Shown here: positions 39,256-49,941 of the stretch, piece after piece | How positions within the stretch are numbered: position 1 is the first letter of the stretch | How the letters are laid out: every line of letters starts with the position of its first letter | The notes under the pieces: generated by a model | What the model was told of the DNA's origin: nothing | The model's input: the letters and a program-made list of their open reading frames with translations, nothing else | Databases searched by the model: none | DNA from: Haliea sp. | Lineage (GTDB): Bacteria > Pseudomonadota > Gammaproteobacteria > Pseudomonadales > Halieaceae | Length of the DNA stretch: 64,000 nt | Assembly (NCBI GenBank): GCA_002862465.1 | Contig: PKDD01000093.1 | Location: 4,167 to 68,166, forward strand | Direction of reading: 5' to 3' | Made by a program: the position numbers and the translations under genes

Positions 39256-40476
39256 TTAAACGACAATGCCATCGATCTTAGCTACCGTAAGAATATCCTT
39301 ATCCCCACGCCCCGACAGATTGACAATAATAGTTTGCTGGGGCGTCATACTCGCGGCCAAGGTCTCTGCATAGGCTAACGCATGGCTGGTTTCAAGCGCT
39401 GGCATAATGCCTTCTATCTCCGTTAGTTTGTGAAATGCGCGCAGAGCTTCATCATCTTTCGCCACCACATAGTTCACCCTGCCTATATCTTTTAGCCAGG
39501 AATGCTCCGGACCTACACCGGGATAGTCAAGTCCAGCCGATATTGAATGCGTATCCATTATCTGACCATCACCATCTTGCATCAGATACGTCCGATTACC
39601 ATGCAAGACCCCGGGAGTGCCCGCCGTAAGGGGCGCCGCATGCTGATTTGTAGATACGCCATGACCACCCGCTTCCACGCCATACATAGCTACCGTTTCG
39701 TCTTGCAGGAAAGGATGAAACAGCCCAATCGCATTAGAACCTCCGCCCACACACGCCACCAGTGCATCCGGCAAACGTCCGGTTTGAGCCAGAGATTGGG
39801 CGCGCGCTTCCCGTCCAATGACAGACTGAAAATCTCTGACCAGCATCGGGTAAGGATGGGGGCCAGCAACCGTGCCAATAATATAGAAGGTGGTATCGAC
39901 ATTGGTAACCCAGTCACGCATGGCCTCGTTCATAGCATCTTTTAACGTTCGAGACCCCGAACTCACCGAGACGACTTCAGCACCCAAAAGTTTCATACGA
40001 TAGACGTTTAACGCCTGACGCTGAATATCAGTCTCCCCCATAAAAACAACACAATCCAGACCCAGTCTTGCTGCAATCGTGGCTGTTGCAACACCATGCT
40101 GACCAGCACCGGTCTCGGCAATCACCCGCGTTTTACCCATATGTTTAGCTAACAAGGCCTGTCCAACCGTATTATTAACCTTATGGGCTCCGGTATGATT
40201 AAGATCCTCGCGTTTGAGGTAGATGCGCGCTCCGCCGATACTGTCGGACCACCGACTAGCCTCATATAATGGCGAGGGTCGGCCTACATAGTGTTGCAAG
40301 TCATTGTCGATTTCCTGTTGGAACTGTTCATCGACTGCTAACGTGCGGTAAACGACCTCTAGGTCAGCTAATGCTGCCATCAGTGTCTCGGCGACAAATT
40401 TACCCCCGTACTGTCCAAAACGCCCTTGCGCATCCGGGACTGTATCGTACAGATTCTCACTCGTATTACTCGTCAT
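39256..40476 (-). CDS. trpB: Tryptophan synthase beta
   Basis: [45 protein letters not shown]. Confidence 0.97.
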   Translation of the reverse strand: MTSNTSENLYDTVPDAQGRFGQYGGKFVAETLMAALADLEVVYRTLAVDEQFQQEIDNDLQHYVGRPSPLYEASRWSDSIGGARIYLKREDLNHTGAHKVNNTVGQALLAKHMGKTRVIAETGAGQHGVATATIAARLGLDCVVFMGETDIQRQALNVYRMKLLGAEVVSVSSGSRTLKDAMNEAMRDWVTNVDTTFYIIGTVAGPHPYPMLVRDFQSVIGREARAQSLAQTGRLPDALVACVGGGSNAIGLFHPFLQDETVAMYGVEAGGHGVSTNQHAAPLTAGTPGVLHGNRTYLMQDGDGQIMDTHSISAGLDYPGVGPEHSWLKDIGRVNYVVAKDDEALRAFHKLTEIEGIMPALETSHALAYAETLAASMTPQQTIIVNLSGRGDKDILTVAKIDGIVV

Positions 40477-41119
40477 TAGGTTTTTCTTCCATCTGTTGAT
40501 CCGCGACACGCACCGCCGCGACAAATTGTTTTATCTTTTCAGCGTCTTTAATGCCAGGAGACGTTTCTACACCCCCACTCACGTCTACTGCCGCAGGGTG
40601 CAGTGCCTTGATACCATCACTTACGTTGCTCTGATTTAGTCCCCCCGCCAGCACTATAGGTGAAGGGAGAGATATTTGGGCAAGGCGCCAGTCAAATGCT
40701 TTACCTGTCCCTCCAACCGCGCTTGCCTGCCAGGTATCCAATAAGACAGCACGTGCTTTGCTATATAACCGGCACTGCTCACTGATATCAAGACCGGGCT
40801 TCACTCTCAACGCCTTGATCCAAGGCCTCCCAAATTGCTGGCAAAATGTTGGTGACTCGTTGCCGTGAAACTGAATCATGTGAACAGGTAGGTTGCTTAA
40901 GATACGTTCGATACCGGCAATTGGTTCATCGACAAACAGAGCGACTATACTCATAAAGGGGGGAACGGCAGCTACAATATCAGTTGCCTGATCTAGGGTG
41001 ACGGCTCGAGAACTGCGTGGGTAAAAAACAAGACCAATCGCATCAGCACCGCAGGCCGCAGACATCTGTGCATCCTGCGCCCGTGTAACTCCGCAAATTT
41101 TAATTCGAGTAACGCCCAT
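40466..41119 (-). CDS. trpF: Phosphoribosylanthranilate isomerase
   Basis: [39 protein letters not shown]. Confidence 0.95.
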   Translation of the reverse strand: MGVTRIKICGVTRAQDAQMSAACGADAIGLVFYPRSSRAVTLDQATDIVAAVPPFMSIVALFVDEPIAGIERILSNLPVHMIQFHGNESPTFCQQFGRPWIKALRVKPGLDISEQCRLYSKARAVLLDTWQASAVGGTGKAFDWRLAQISLPSPIVLAGGLNQSNVSDGIKALHPAAVDVSGGVETSPGIKDAEKIKQFVAAVRVADQQMEEKPNDE

Positions 41120-41198
41120 ATTCCTCAGTAACCGGCAAATACAAGGGCTATATGATAGCAGATCACGCCCATTGCTGTCTCCACACAGCGGACTAACT

Positions 41199-42038
41199 TT
41201 ACAGTTTCGCCTCAATTAACGCAGGGCCATAAGGCGTTTTAGGCAATCTGCAATGAGCGGAATATTCGACATCTGCCAGATACAGCCCGCTTGCAGGAGC
41301 GGTCTCCACGCCAAGACTGCGATCTCGACCGGCCATAAGATGGACTATCCATTCTAGAGATTTACGACCATCACCGACGGCCAGCAACGCTCCCGCGACA
41401 TTTCTTACCATATGGTGCAAAAACGCATTAGCCACTATTTCAATAATCACTAGATCACCACGCCTTTGCACCTCGATAAACTGCACATTGCGCATAGGGC
41501 TTGCAGACTGACAAGAGGCGGCCCGAAACGCACTAAAATCGCGCTCACCTAAAAGCGTCTGCGCGGCCTTATCCATCAGCAGTTGGTCAAGTTGACAACG
41601 ATGCCAGGTAACCTGCTTCAATAACAGGGCTGAGCGGATTGGCGTATTAGCGATCACATAGCGATAGCAGCGGGATTCTGCCGAAAAACGTGCGTGAAAA
41701 TCTTTGGTGACGGGAACAGCCCAGTGGATGCGAATGTCTCGCGGTAAATTTGCGTTGCCGCCAATCACCCAAGCCTTACAACTTCGCGTCGCAGGCGCAT
41801 CAAAGTGAATGATTTGGGAAACGGCATGGACACCCGCGTCAGTGCGCCCAGCGCAGTGCACTCGCACCGGATGCGCTGCAATTTTTGACAGGGCCAGTTC
41901 GACTTTTTCCTGCACGGTAACGACACCCTCATGGGGCTGTAACTGCCAGCCGCTATAGGCACTCCCGTCGTATTCGATGCGACATGCAATTCGAGTTTCA
42001 GCGGCAATTAGATCAGTAGAAAACAGACTATTCGCCAA
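41199..42038 (-). CDS. truA: tRNA pseudouridine(38-40) synthase
   Basis: EYDGSAYSGWQ, CAGRTDAGVHA, FHARFSA, FLHHMVRN. Confidence 0.96.
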   Translation of the reverse strand: MANSLFSTDLIAAETRIACRIEYDGSAYSGWQLQPHEGVVTVQEKVELALSKIAAHPVRVHCAGRTDAGVHAVSQIIHFDAPATRSCKAWVIGGNANLPRDIRIHWAVPVTKDFHARFSAESRCYRYVIANTPIRSALLLKQVTWHRCQLDQLLMDKAAQTLLGERDFSAFRAASCQSASPMRNVQFIEVQRRGDLVIIEIVANAFLHHMVRNVAGALLAVGDGRKSLEWIVHLMAGRDRSLGVETAPASGLYLADVEYSAHCRLPKTPYGPALIEAKL

Positions 42039-44091
42039 TGCGCTTCAATAAAACGCCAGCCTCTAATTTCAGTTCGTCAGTACCTTCAACGATGACCTCT
42101 AACAACATCTGACGCGCAGCCTCGTCGTCACCCATATCTATATAAGCCCGTGCGAGATCGAGTTTTGTCGACAGACCGTAGCCATCGGCCGCAATAACTA
42201 ACTCTTCATTGTCCAAGCCCGCAGCACCGGGACTGGAAAAATCAATAGGAAGATTCAAATCATCGGTTCCATCACTGGGCATGGTCTGTCCTTCTATCTG
42301 AAGTTCAGGGTTTGTCGGACTCGAATCATCATCTGGCGCCTCAATCTCCAGCAATTTAAGTTTGTATAGAGCATTGCCAGGATCGCTGGCGATGGCGTTA
42401 TTCAGCAGATCAATTGCTTGAACTTCACGGCCGTATAGGAGGTAAATATCGACATCGGCCAGCACATTGGCGGCCTCTCCATCCGAGGCATGAGCGTCCT
42501 CAGCGATAACAACATCGTTATTTGCCGACTCCTCGTCATCAAGGCCCTGATCCTTTAACGGCGAGTCTAAATACATATCTTTGTCGGACCTAAGTTCAGC
42601 TGCATGGGCGATTGCTTGACCCTCCGCGTTGCGTCGGCGGACCACAACAAATGCAATCACCCCCAAAATAACAACACCCAGCATGTAAAATAGACTCTTC
42701 AGCCACCCATCACTTACATCAGTGTCGGGAGCTATAGCAGGCACTGCTTTGACAGCGTCAACAGACGCGATAGTTGGAGATGCTATTATACTAGAAGCAA
42801 CCTCCTCGACATTTTCTTTCACCGCCTCACGCGGCGCAGCAACATCAGTCCCGGGCGTCGCTATCGATACCGTTTCGGCTTCGAGCAGTATGTCGTCTGA
42901 AGAATCGGCTAAAGGCTCTGATTTGGTCTCTACGACAGCGCCAGCCGCTACCAGAGCACTTTGAAGCGCAGCGATCTGGTCATCCTTAAGGCTGATAATA
43001 CGCTGCAGAGTCTCCAACTGCCGCTCAGTATCTAAAAGACGCTGCTGCATCTCATCGGCCAATGATGGCGACTCTTGTGTGTCGCTCGGAATCGCAGTGG
43101 CAACAGAAACTGATGGCAGAGCCGCCCTAGGTGCCTCGGATTGCAAAGAAGTCGCGTTAATGCCGACAGTTGCAGACGTCGCGTCGGCTTTAGCATCTGT
43201 AGAAATCGTTAGTAAGGGTCCGCCCTTCGCCTTAGGCATTACGTCCCTTCCTTCACGCCAAGCCGCGTTCTGCTCGCGCACCGCAGCCAATGCCGAATTT
43301 GCATCCACCGAACTAATGTCGGACTCGCCCGGAAGGTCGAGGATGTATCCAGCTTTCACAGCGTTGATGTTACCCTTGATAAAGGCATCTGAGTTTAGCC
43401 GTTGGATATCTAGCATGGTCTGCTGGATCGAGGCTCCTCGGGGTTTTGCTAGGCTCGCGATGCGCCAGAGCGTATCCTCTTGGGTAATCATGTAACGACT
43501 GCCGGGCACCGGCGATAAAACCGTTGCTGCATTATAGTCGCGCTGAGGCATAGCGCCCGGGTCGAGGTCGCTGCTACGGATCTCTAATGAGGTGCCGCTG
43601 GAGATGACCTGATTGCTTTGTCTTGTCACTGCTGGAATTGTTTCTGTCTCATCCACACGTTGGAGGGCAGAAACGACCACGGCTTCGACCTCAGAGAATG
43701 GCGGCGGGTCCATCAACAGCGTATATTCGCGCAGCAGTTGTCCTGAAGGCCAGCGCGCTTCTATAATAAATTCTAAGTAAGGCTCTAGAACAGGTTCGGC
43801 TGAGGATAAAATAATACTGGCTGCTCCATTCTCTTGAACGGATACGTCAAAGGTAATACTGCTGAGGAAGTAGGGCCGGTCTAGACCGAATCTATCAAAG
43901 TCGTCACGGCTGGCCAGCCGAACTATGACTTCGTCTGAATGCAATCCACCCATATCGAGCAATTCAACAGAAGCGCTCAAAGGTTCGTTGAGAAAAGACT
44001 GAAGTTGCAACTCACCGAGGCCGAGTGCCAACCCGGAAGGCGCGTGAAGGCCTCCCAGCAAGAACATCACAGCAGCTAATTTACGAGCCAT
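42028..44091 (-). CDS. fimV: FimV/HubP polar landmark protein
   Basis: ALGLGELQLQSFLNEPL, LysM (EDTLWRIA), TM, acidic region, TKLDLARAYIDMGD. Confidence 0.9.
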   Translation of the reverse strand: MARKLAAVMFLLGGLHAPSGLALGLGELQLQSFLNEPLSASVELLDMGGLHSDEVIVRLASRDDFDRFGLDRPYFLSSITFDVSVQENGAASIILSSAEPVLEPYLEFIIEARWPSGQLLREYTLLMDPPPFSEVEAVVVSALQRVDETETIPAVTRQSNQVISSGTSLEIRSSDLDPGAMPQRDYNAATVLSPVPGSRYMITQEDTLWRIASLAKPRGASIQQTMLDIQRLNSDAFIKGNINAVKAGYILDLPGESDISSVDANSALAAVREQNAAWREGRDVMPKAKGGPLLTISTDAKADATSATVGINATSLQSEAPRAALPSVSVATAIPSDTQESPSLADEMQQRLLDTERQLETLQRIISLKDDQIAALQSALVAAGAVVETKSEPLADSSDDILLEAETVSIATPGTDVAAPREAVKENVEEVASSIIASPTIASVDAVKAVPAIAPDTDVSDGWLKSLFYMLGVVILGVIAFVVVRRRNAEGQAIAHAAELRSDKDMYLDSPLKDQGLDDEESANNDVVIAEDAHASDGEAANVLADVDIYLLYGREVQAIDLLNNAIASDPGNALYKLKLLEIEAPDDDSSPTNPELQIEGQTMPSDGTDDLNLPIDFSSPGAAGLDNEELVIAADGYGLSTKLDLARAYIDMGDDEAARQMLLEVIVEGTDELKLEAGVLLKRIGE

Positions 44092-44280
44092 ACCAGCGCC
44101 TTATGATTATCCCGCGGATTAAAAAGCCCGTCGTCCTGCCGCTGGGCCACAGGGGCTGACTACCTATGCCGCAGAGCCGGAAACACCGGATTTCAACACC
44201 CATACGCTATTGCACCTGCAGCGCTCACGAATACTGAAAAAAACCGCCATTAGTCGTTGAGTATCAGTGAATTACCTGCA

Positions 44281-45306
44281 TTAATCAAGGTAGATGGAAC
44301 TCAAGCTCTCGGCAATTTGTACACTATTTAGCGCTGCGCCCTTTCGAACATTGTCCGCCACTATCCACATGTTGAGCCCTTTAGGATGAGAGAGATCCTC
44401 TCGAATCCTCCCCACAAAAACACCGTCCATCCCGGCGGACTCTGTCACCGCTGTTGGATAGCTGCCGTCGACTCGATCATCGATAACGGTAACCCCCGGC
44501 GCATTTTCGAACACCGATTTGGCCTGCTGCGCAGTGATCTTGTCTACCGTCTCGATATGCACTGCTTCAGAGTGACCAAAAAACACCGGCACCCTGACGC
44601 AAGTAGGGTTAACCTGAATAGTGGGGTCATCGAATATTCTGCGGGTCTCCCACACCATTTTCATTTCCTCTCGAGTGTAGCCGTTCTCTTGAAACGTATC
44701 GATCTGCGGCAGCACATTGAACGCAATCTGTTTAGGGTAGACCGCCTGCGCAACCTCTTGCCCATTGAGGAGACTAGCCGTCTGACTCGCTAGCTCTTGA
44801 ATCGCTTCCTTACCGGTGCCAGAAACGGCCTGATAAGTCGCGACATTAATACGCTCGATTCCAACCGCATCATATATAGGTTTTAGAGCGACCAACATCT
44901 GGATAGTCGAGCAATTGGGATTGGCAACTATATTGCGTGCGCTATAGCCGGCCAGCGCTTCAACATTGACCTCGGGAATAATCAGAGGCACGTCATCATC
45001 TCGCCGAAACTGAGAGGTATTATCGATAACAACGCAGCCCGCTGCTGCCGCGATCGGAGCAAATTTCTCGGAAATACTCGCGCCTGCAGAAAACAGTCCG
45101 ATCTGGACCCGGCTAAAATCGAATTCTGCCAAGTCGGCCACTATGACCGACTTCCCATTAAACATAATACTTTTTCCCACAGACCGAGCACTGGCCAGCA
45201 GGTAAAGCTTTCGTACCGGAAAAGCGCGCTCTTCCAGAATACTAATCATGGCCTCACCGACTGCCCCAGTGGCACCCACTACGGCGACGTCGTACTCACG
45301 ACTCAT
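44281..45306 (-). CDS. asd: Aspartate-semialdehyde dehydrogenase (AsdB/Usg type)
   Basis: VVGATGAVG, IDNTSQFR, NPNCST, YQAVSGTG, DNVRKGAALN. Confidence 0.93.
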   Translation of the reverse strand: MSREYDVAVVGATGAVGEAMISILEERAFPVRKLYLLASARSVGKSIMFNGKSVIVADLAEFDFSRVQIGLFSAGASISEKFAPIAAAAGCVVIDNTSQFRRDDDVPLIIPEVNVEALAGYSARNIVANPNCSTIQMLVALKPIYDAVGIERINVATYQAVSGTGKEAIQELASQTASLLNGQEVAQAVYPKQIAFNVLPQIDTFQENGYTREEMKMVWETRRIFDDPTIQVNPTCVRVPVFFGHSEAVHIETVDKITAQQAKSVFENAPGVTVIDDRVDGSYPTAVTESAGMDGVFVGRIREDLSHPKGLNMWIVADNVRKGAALNSVQIAESLSSIYLD

Positions 45307-45352
45307 TTCCGATCTCCCTTAGATTCGTTTTCAACCTCTGCATAACTTTTAG

Positions 45353-46000
45353 CTACTTAATAGCGCCGAACAACCAAGGCGATTTTTCGCGCCAGTTCTG
45401 CTCATAAGCTCGGATCGCGTCGGCACTATCGAGAGTCAAAGCGATATCATCCAAGCCGTTGAATAAGCAATGCTTACGAAATTCATCCACTTCGAAACTG
45501 ATGGTTTCCCCAAGAGAGGTTTTTATTGTCTGCGCCGCCAAATCTACCACCATGGAATAACCTTCGTTTGCATACATCTCTTCAAACAAACGATCGACCA
45601 CCGCAGCGTCTAACTCAACCGGCAGGATGCCATTTTTAAAACAGTTGTTAAAAAAGATGTCGGCAAAACTTGGCGCAATAATGCAGTGAAACCCAAAATC
45701 CTCAAGCGCCCAAGGTGCATGCTCTCTGCTCGAGCCGCAGCCAAAGTTTTCTCTGGCAAGCAGTACCCTTGCGTCTTTGTAACGCGCCTGATTCAATTCA
45801 AAATCCGGGTTGATTGGTCGGTTAGTGCAATCCTGACCGGGCTCTCCCTGATCCAGATACCGTATCTCGTCAAATAGATAAGGCCCAAAACCACTGCGCT
45901 TGATAGACTTCAGGAACTGCTTTGGAATGATTAGATCCGTATCCACATTAGCACGATCCATCGGAGCAACGAGACCGTGCAAAACAGTAAAACTCTTCAT
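45353..46000 (-). CDS. leuD: 3-isopropylmalate dehydratase small subunit
   Basis: [34 protein letters not shown]. Confidence 0.97.
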   Translation of the reverse strand: MKSFTVLHGLVAPMDRANVDTDLIIPKQFLKSIKRSGFGPYLFDEIRYLDQGEPGQDCTNRPINPDFELNQARYKDARVLLARENFGCGSSREHAPWALEDFGFHCIIAPSFADIFFNNCFKNGILPVELDAAVVDRLFEEMYANEGYSMVVDLAAQTIKTSLGETISFEVDEFRKHCLFNGLDDIALTLDSADAIRAYEQNWREKSPWLFGAIK

Positions 46001-46012
46001 GATTTGGCACTC

Positions 46013-47431
46013 CTACCAGTTGCGAACATCAACAAAATGTCCAGCTACAGCAGCGGCTGCTGCCATCGCGGGACTCACCAGATGAGTACGGCCACCAAAG
46101 CCTTGGCGACCCTCAAAATTTCGATTCGAGGTAGACGCACAGTGCTCGCCCGCATCGAGCTTGTCGGAGTTCATCGCAAGGCACATCGAACATCCGGGCT
46201 CACGCCATTCCATTCCTGCCGCAGTGAAAATTTTGTCCAACCCTTCCTCCTCAGCCTGAACCTTAATCTGGCCTGATCCCGGCACAACCAGCGCACGTTT
46301 TACGGTAGATGCGACCTGCTTACCCTCAACCACCATAGCAGCGGCACGTAAATCCTCTATCCGTGAGTTGGTGCATGAGCCGATAAAAACTGTGTCTAAC
46401 TGGATATCAGTAATCGCCATGCCCGGCTTAAGCCCCATATATTGGAGGGCACGAGCAGTCGCTTCACGATCGCCTGCATTGTCCATCGAAGCAGGATCCG
46501 GAATGATGCCGCTTACCGGCAATACCATCTCAGGCGACGTCCCCCATGTAACTTGAGGCACAATATCCTCGCCGCGCAGTTCTACCACTCGATCAAAATG
46601 GGCATCGTCGTCACTGTGCAACTCTCCCCACGCAGCAGCAGCTTGATCCCACTGCTCACCTGTGGGCGCATATGGCTTACCTTTCACATACTCGATCGTG
46701 ACATCGTCTACGCCGATCAATCCTACTCGGGCACCTGCCTCAATAGCCATATTACAAATTGTCATACGCCCTTCCATGCTGAGCGCCCGCACTACTTCAC
46801 CGCCGAATTCAATAGCGTGATTAGTGCCCCCGGCTGTGCCTATCTCACCAATGATCGCGAGCACAACATCTTTAGCCGTAACGCCCGCTTGCAACTGTCC
46901 ATCCACTCGCACCAGCATATTTTTCATTTTTTTCTGCAGCAAACACTGCGTTGCCATTACGTGCTCCACCTCAGATGTGCCAATGCCTTGCGCGAGAGCA
47001 CCCAGCGCACCATGAGTTGACGTATGCGAATCTCCACACACAATGGTCATACCGGGCAGCGTAACACCCTGCTCTGGGCCGACCACGTGAACAATGCCCT
47101 GGCGCACATCGTTAACTTGAAATTCCAAAATATCAAAGTCGCGGCAGTTATCATCCAGCGTTTGAACTTGCAGTCTAGAGACGGGGTCTATAATCCCGGC
47201 GACGCCACCACTGCGTTCATGTCGTTCCGTGGGAACGTTATGGTCGGGAACGGCAAAATTAGCATCAACCCGCCAAGGCTGACGACCCGCAATCCGCAGC
47301 CCCTCAAAAGCCTGAGGAGAAGTAACCTCGTGAATGAGCTGCCGGTCAATGTAAATGAGACCGCAATCATCATCCCGCTCCTCCACCAAGTGGCTATGCC
47401 ATAATTTTTCATAAAGCGTCTGTCCGCTCAT
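46013..47431 (-). CDS. leuC: 3-isopropylmalate dehydratase large subunit
   Basis: [45 protein letters not shown]. Confidence 0.97.
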   Translation of the reverse strand: MSGQTLYEKLWHSHLVEERDDDCGLIYIDRQLIHEVTSPQAFEGLRIAGRQPWRVDANFAVPDHNVPTERHERSGGVAGIIDPVSRLQVQTLDDNCRDFDILEFQVNDVRQGIVHVVGPEQGVTLPGMTIVCGDSHTSTHGALGALAQGIGTSEVEHVMATQCLLQKKMKNMLVRVDGQLQAGVTAKDVVLAIIGEIGTAGGTNHAIEFGGEVVRALSMEGRMTICNMAIEAGARVGLIGVDDVTIEYVKGKPYAPTGEQWDQAAAAWGELHSDDDAHFDRVVELRGEDIVPQVTWGTSPEMVLPVSGIIPDPASMDNAGDREATARALQYMGLKPGMAITDIQLDTVFIGSCTNSRIEDLRAAAMVVEGKQVASTVKRALVVPGSGQIKVQAEEEGLDKIFTAAGMEWREPGCSMCLAMNSDKLDAGEHCASTSNRNFEGRQGFGGRTHLVSPAMAAAAAVAGHFVDVRNW

Positions 47432-47479
47432 CGCAAACCTCCCTACTCAATTGGGCAAAACAGTATAAATCGAGGCGGG

Positions 47480-47508
47480 ATTATGTACTTGATTTTTACA
47501 TAACTCAA
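47480..47508 (-). promoter_or_regulatory. sigma70 promoter of leuC, overlapped by an inverted repeat
   Basis: TTGAGT (47508-47503), 17 nt, CATAAT (47485-47480); TTATGTA-N9-TACATAA at 47481-47503. Confidence 0.55.
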
Positions 47509-47530
47509 ATTTATTATTTTTATGACATGG

Positions 47531-47545
47531 ATTCCGTAAAGGAAT
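47531..47545. promoter_or_regulatory. LysR-type T-N11-A box
   Basis: ATTCC-GTAAA-GGAAT palindrome ending 7 nt before the LysR start codon. Confidence 0.55.
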
Positions 47546-47552
47546 ATTAAGA

Positions 47553-48431
47553 ATGGACACCCAAAACCTCAGAGCATTTTTGCTAGTGGCCGAAAGCGGC
47601 TCTTTCTCTAGTGCAGCGAAAAAATTACACCTTACGCAGCCGGCTGTAAGTAAGCGCATCGCACAACTAGAAGCGCAATTAAACGTCACCTTATTTGACC
47701 GCATTGGCAGAAGGATCCGCACCACTGAGGCGGGCGAGGCATTGCTGCCACACGCGCGCACAGTGCACCTCGAGTTGCAAGCGGCACACCAGTCGGTGAG
47801 GGATCTGGACGGAGAAGTGCGGGGCCGACTGCGCCTCGCAACCAGTCACCACATCGGTTTGCATCGACTACCTTCATTACTCAGTTTTTTCAGTAAAGCC
47901 TTTCCGGCGGTGCAACTGGACATCGATTTTATGGATTCTGAACAGGCCTATGAACTCACACTGCAGGGAGAGATAGAACTGGCTGTGGTGACGCTGGCCC
48001 CCTGTGCAATCACCAATCTTGTCACGCGGACAATCTGGCGCGACCCCCTGGATTTTATGGTTCAGCAGGGCACGAAGCTAACGCTTAAGAAAGCCATCGG
48101 ATTGGAAGAATTGAGTCTACACCCTGCGATTCTCCCGGGACTAAACACCTACACAGGACAAATTATAAAAGGTCTGTTCGAGCAACGCAGTCTTCCTATG
48201 GAGGTTGCTATAACGACCAACTATCTGGAGACCATCAGGATGATGGCATCAGTGGGACTTGGCTGGACCGTCTTACCGCGCACTATGCGCGACCCATCTC
48301 TGGCAACGTTGCCGGTTAACGATGCGTCTATTGAGAGAACACTTGGAGCAGTGCACCATGAAGGTCGCAGCCTGTCACGGGCGGCGCGCGCGTTTATCGA
48401 TGCACTCGAGTCATTCGAAGGCAGTCGCTGA
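47553..48431 (+). CDS. LysR-family regulator divergent from leuC
   Basis: GSFSSAAKKLHLTQPAVSKRIAQLE HTH plus substrate-binding domain. Confidence 0.93.
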   Translation: MDTQNLRAFLLVAESGSFSSAAKKLHLTQPAVSKRIAQLEAQLNVTLFDRIGRRIRTTEAGEALLPHARTVHLELQAAHQSVRDLDGEVRGRLRLATSHHIGLHRLPSLLSFFSKAFPAVQLDIDFMDSEQAYELTLQGEIELAVVTLAPCAITNLVTRTIWRDPLDFMVQQGTKLTLKKAIGLEELSLHPAILPGLNTYTGQIIKGLFEQRSLPMEVAITTNYLETIRMMASVGLGWTVLPRTMRDPSLATLPVNDASIERTLGAVHHEGRSLSRAARAFIDALESFEGSR

Positions 48432-48520
48432 CAACGCCTTTCTTTCAACTGCTGCTTGGCATAAAGCTCAGCTAGACAGCGCAATTGTTCCACACATTCA
48501 TTTACAATGGCATTATTTAC

Positions 48521-48538
48521 CGGGCTCTTATAAGCCCG
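48521..48538. terminator. Hairpin between convergent LysR and thioesterase genes
   Basis: CGGGCT-CTTATA-AGCCCG. Confidence 0.3.
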
Positions 48539-48605
48539 CATGACTGACCTGTGATCAACCTGCAACCAGACCTGCAAGCGGTCCGTTAAACTCGACAAAT
48601 ATTGC

Positions 48606-49076
48606 CTATTCCTGGACCAGTAAATGGGCACCGGTCCCATCTCTTAACAATCCGCTGTGGTCCGGGAAATAGACGGTGGCACTAAAACGTGCGATCTCTT
48701 CCTCGCCACTATAAATACCGCCACTACAAAAGCCAAAGCGCCGCTTCACGCTGACATGCTGAGCCTCTGCCTGCAGCCAATTGCCCTGACGTGCAGAAGC
48801 TATAAAATTAATACTGAGATTAATTGTAGGACTTCCTGACATGACACCGTGTGCCAGATTAGCGCCTGTGGCTGCAGTTATATCAGCAAGCGTCATCAGC
48901 ACGCCACCGTGACAAATACCCATACTATTAATGTGCTGCGGGCCGACAATAAGACCAAAGATCGCGCCGTCCTCTACAACTTTGCGATAAACCGGCTGCA
49001 GAGTATCGGTGAATCCCAATCCTTGCGGCAAAAGATCAAAGCCTAGCGGCACGCTCTGTACTTCTGTCTCTGTCAC
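48606..49076 (-). CDS. PaaI-family (hotdog) thioesterase
   Basis: HINSMGICHGGVLMTLAD, TINLSINFI; GTG 49076 with AGGAG SD. Confidence 0.85.
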   Translation of the reverse strand: MTETEVQSVPLGFDLLPQGLGFTDTLQPVYRKVVEDGAIFGLIVGPQHINSMGICHGGVLMTLADITAATGANLAHGVMSGSPTINLSINFIASARQGNWLQAEAQHVSVKRRFGFCSGGIYSGEEEIARFSATVYFPDHSGLLRDGTGAHLLVQE

Positions 49077-49089
49077 TCGCTCTCCTGTT

Positions 49090-49545
49090 CTAAAAAATTC
49101 CCATCGATAGACCTGCTGCAAATGCCTGGCCCAAGTCGCTACTCACACGTGCATGTGCTGGACAAAATTTTCCGCGCAAGATAACAGGCGCTGTTGCCGC
49201 TGAAAAGGGGTAACCCGATAGGATTCGTTCGGCCTGCCGTTGCGCGCCACGTCCATCATTGCCGGCACTTATGAGCAAGGCATAGGGTACGACCAATCCC
49301 CTTGCTATCGTGGGATAAAGCGTACGGTCCAAAAAATCTTTCATCGTGCCGCACAGTGCCCCAGAGTTTTCAGCCATAACCAGTAACACCCCATTCGTTT
49401 GCTCGAGGTCCACTGTCCCAGCATCCCACGCACGCATTGCGGTAGCCTCTATTTCAACTTCACGCCGCGCACCTCGCCATGCTGCACTCGCTAGATGCGC
49501 ACAAGTGCCGCTCTGGCTGTGATAGACGATTAACAGGGATTTCAT
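49090..49545 (-). CDS. Flavodoxin-family protein
   Basis: MKSLLIVYHSQSGT, ENSGALCGTMKDFLDR, SAGNDG; ATG 49545. Confidence 0.8.
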   Translation of the reverse strand: MKSLLIVYHSQSGTCAHLASAAWRGARREVEIEATAMRAWDAGTVDLEQTNGVLLVMAENSGALCGTMKDFLDRTLYPTIARGLVVPYALLISAGNDGRGAQRQAERILSGYPFSAATAPVILRGKFCPAHARVSSDLGQAFAAGLSMGIF

Positions 49546-49693
49546 AATACGACACTTTGCAGAATTAACAGTGCGATTTGAACACAGCCCTAATCCTGTG
49601 TCATGCGGCAATGTCCAAAGCCAGGGTAGCTAGCGGATCTTGCGACACCATCAGCGGCTAGGATTAACGGCATACTGCGCGGTATTGCCAGAG

Positions 49694-49899
49694 TTATCCA
49701 CAAGATATTCTGTGGATAACATTGGGGACAGAGATAATTCCATGCTCCATACAAGCTCTTTACGGCATTTAGAATCGAGTCATAGAGGCGCCGCTGAGGA
49801 CAATATTTTATCAATTAAATCATGAATTTACGTTTTTTTTGTAGCGTCGAAAACGCTTGGAGGCTGAATTACACCGAAGTAAATCCATTTTGTGGATAT
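49694..49899. promoter_or_regulatory. DnaA-box cluster with IHF-like site
   Basis: TTATCCACA 49694-49702, TGTGGATAA 49711-49719, TGTGGATAT 49891-49899, AATCATGAATTTA 49818-49830. Confidence 0.65.
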
Positions 49900-49941
49900 C
49901 GTGGGGCAGAAAAACGGGTCCACTGCGACTGCCAAACGGGT

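Noticed and set aside
48221-48640. 139-aa minus-strand ORF across the LysR 3' end
   Set aside because: Mostly antisense to LysR and has no recognisable features.
49612-49941. Possible oriC
   Set aside because: Only three good DnaA boxes, no 13-mer unwinding repeats or GATC cluster, and no dnaA/gidA/rnpA context.
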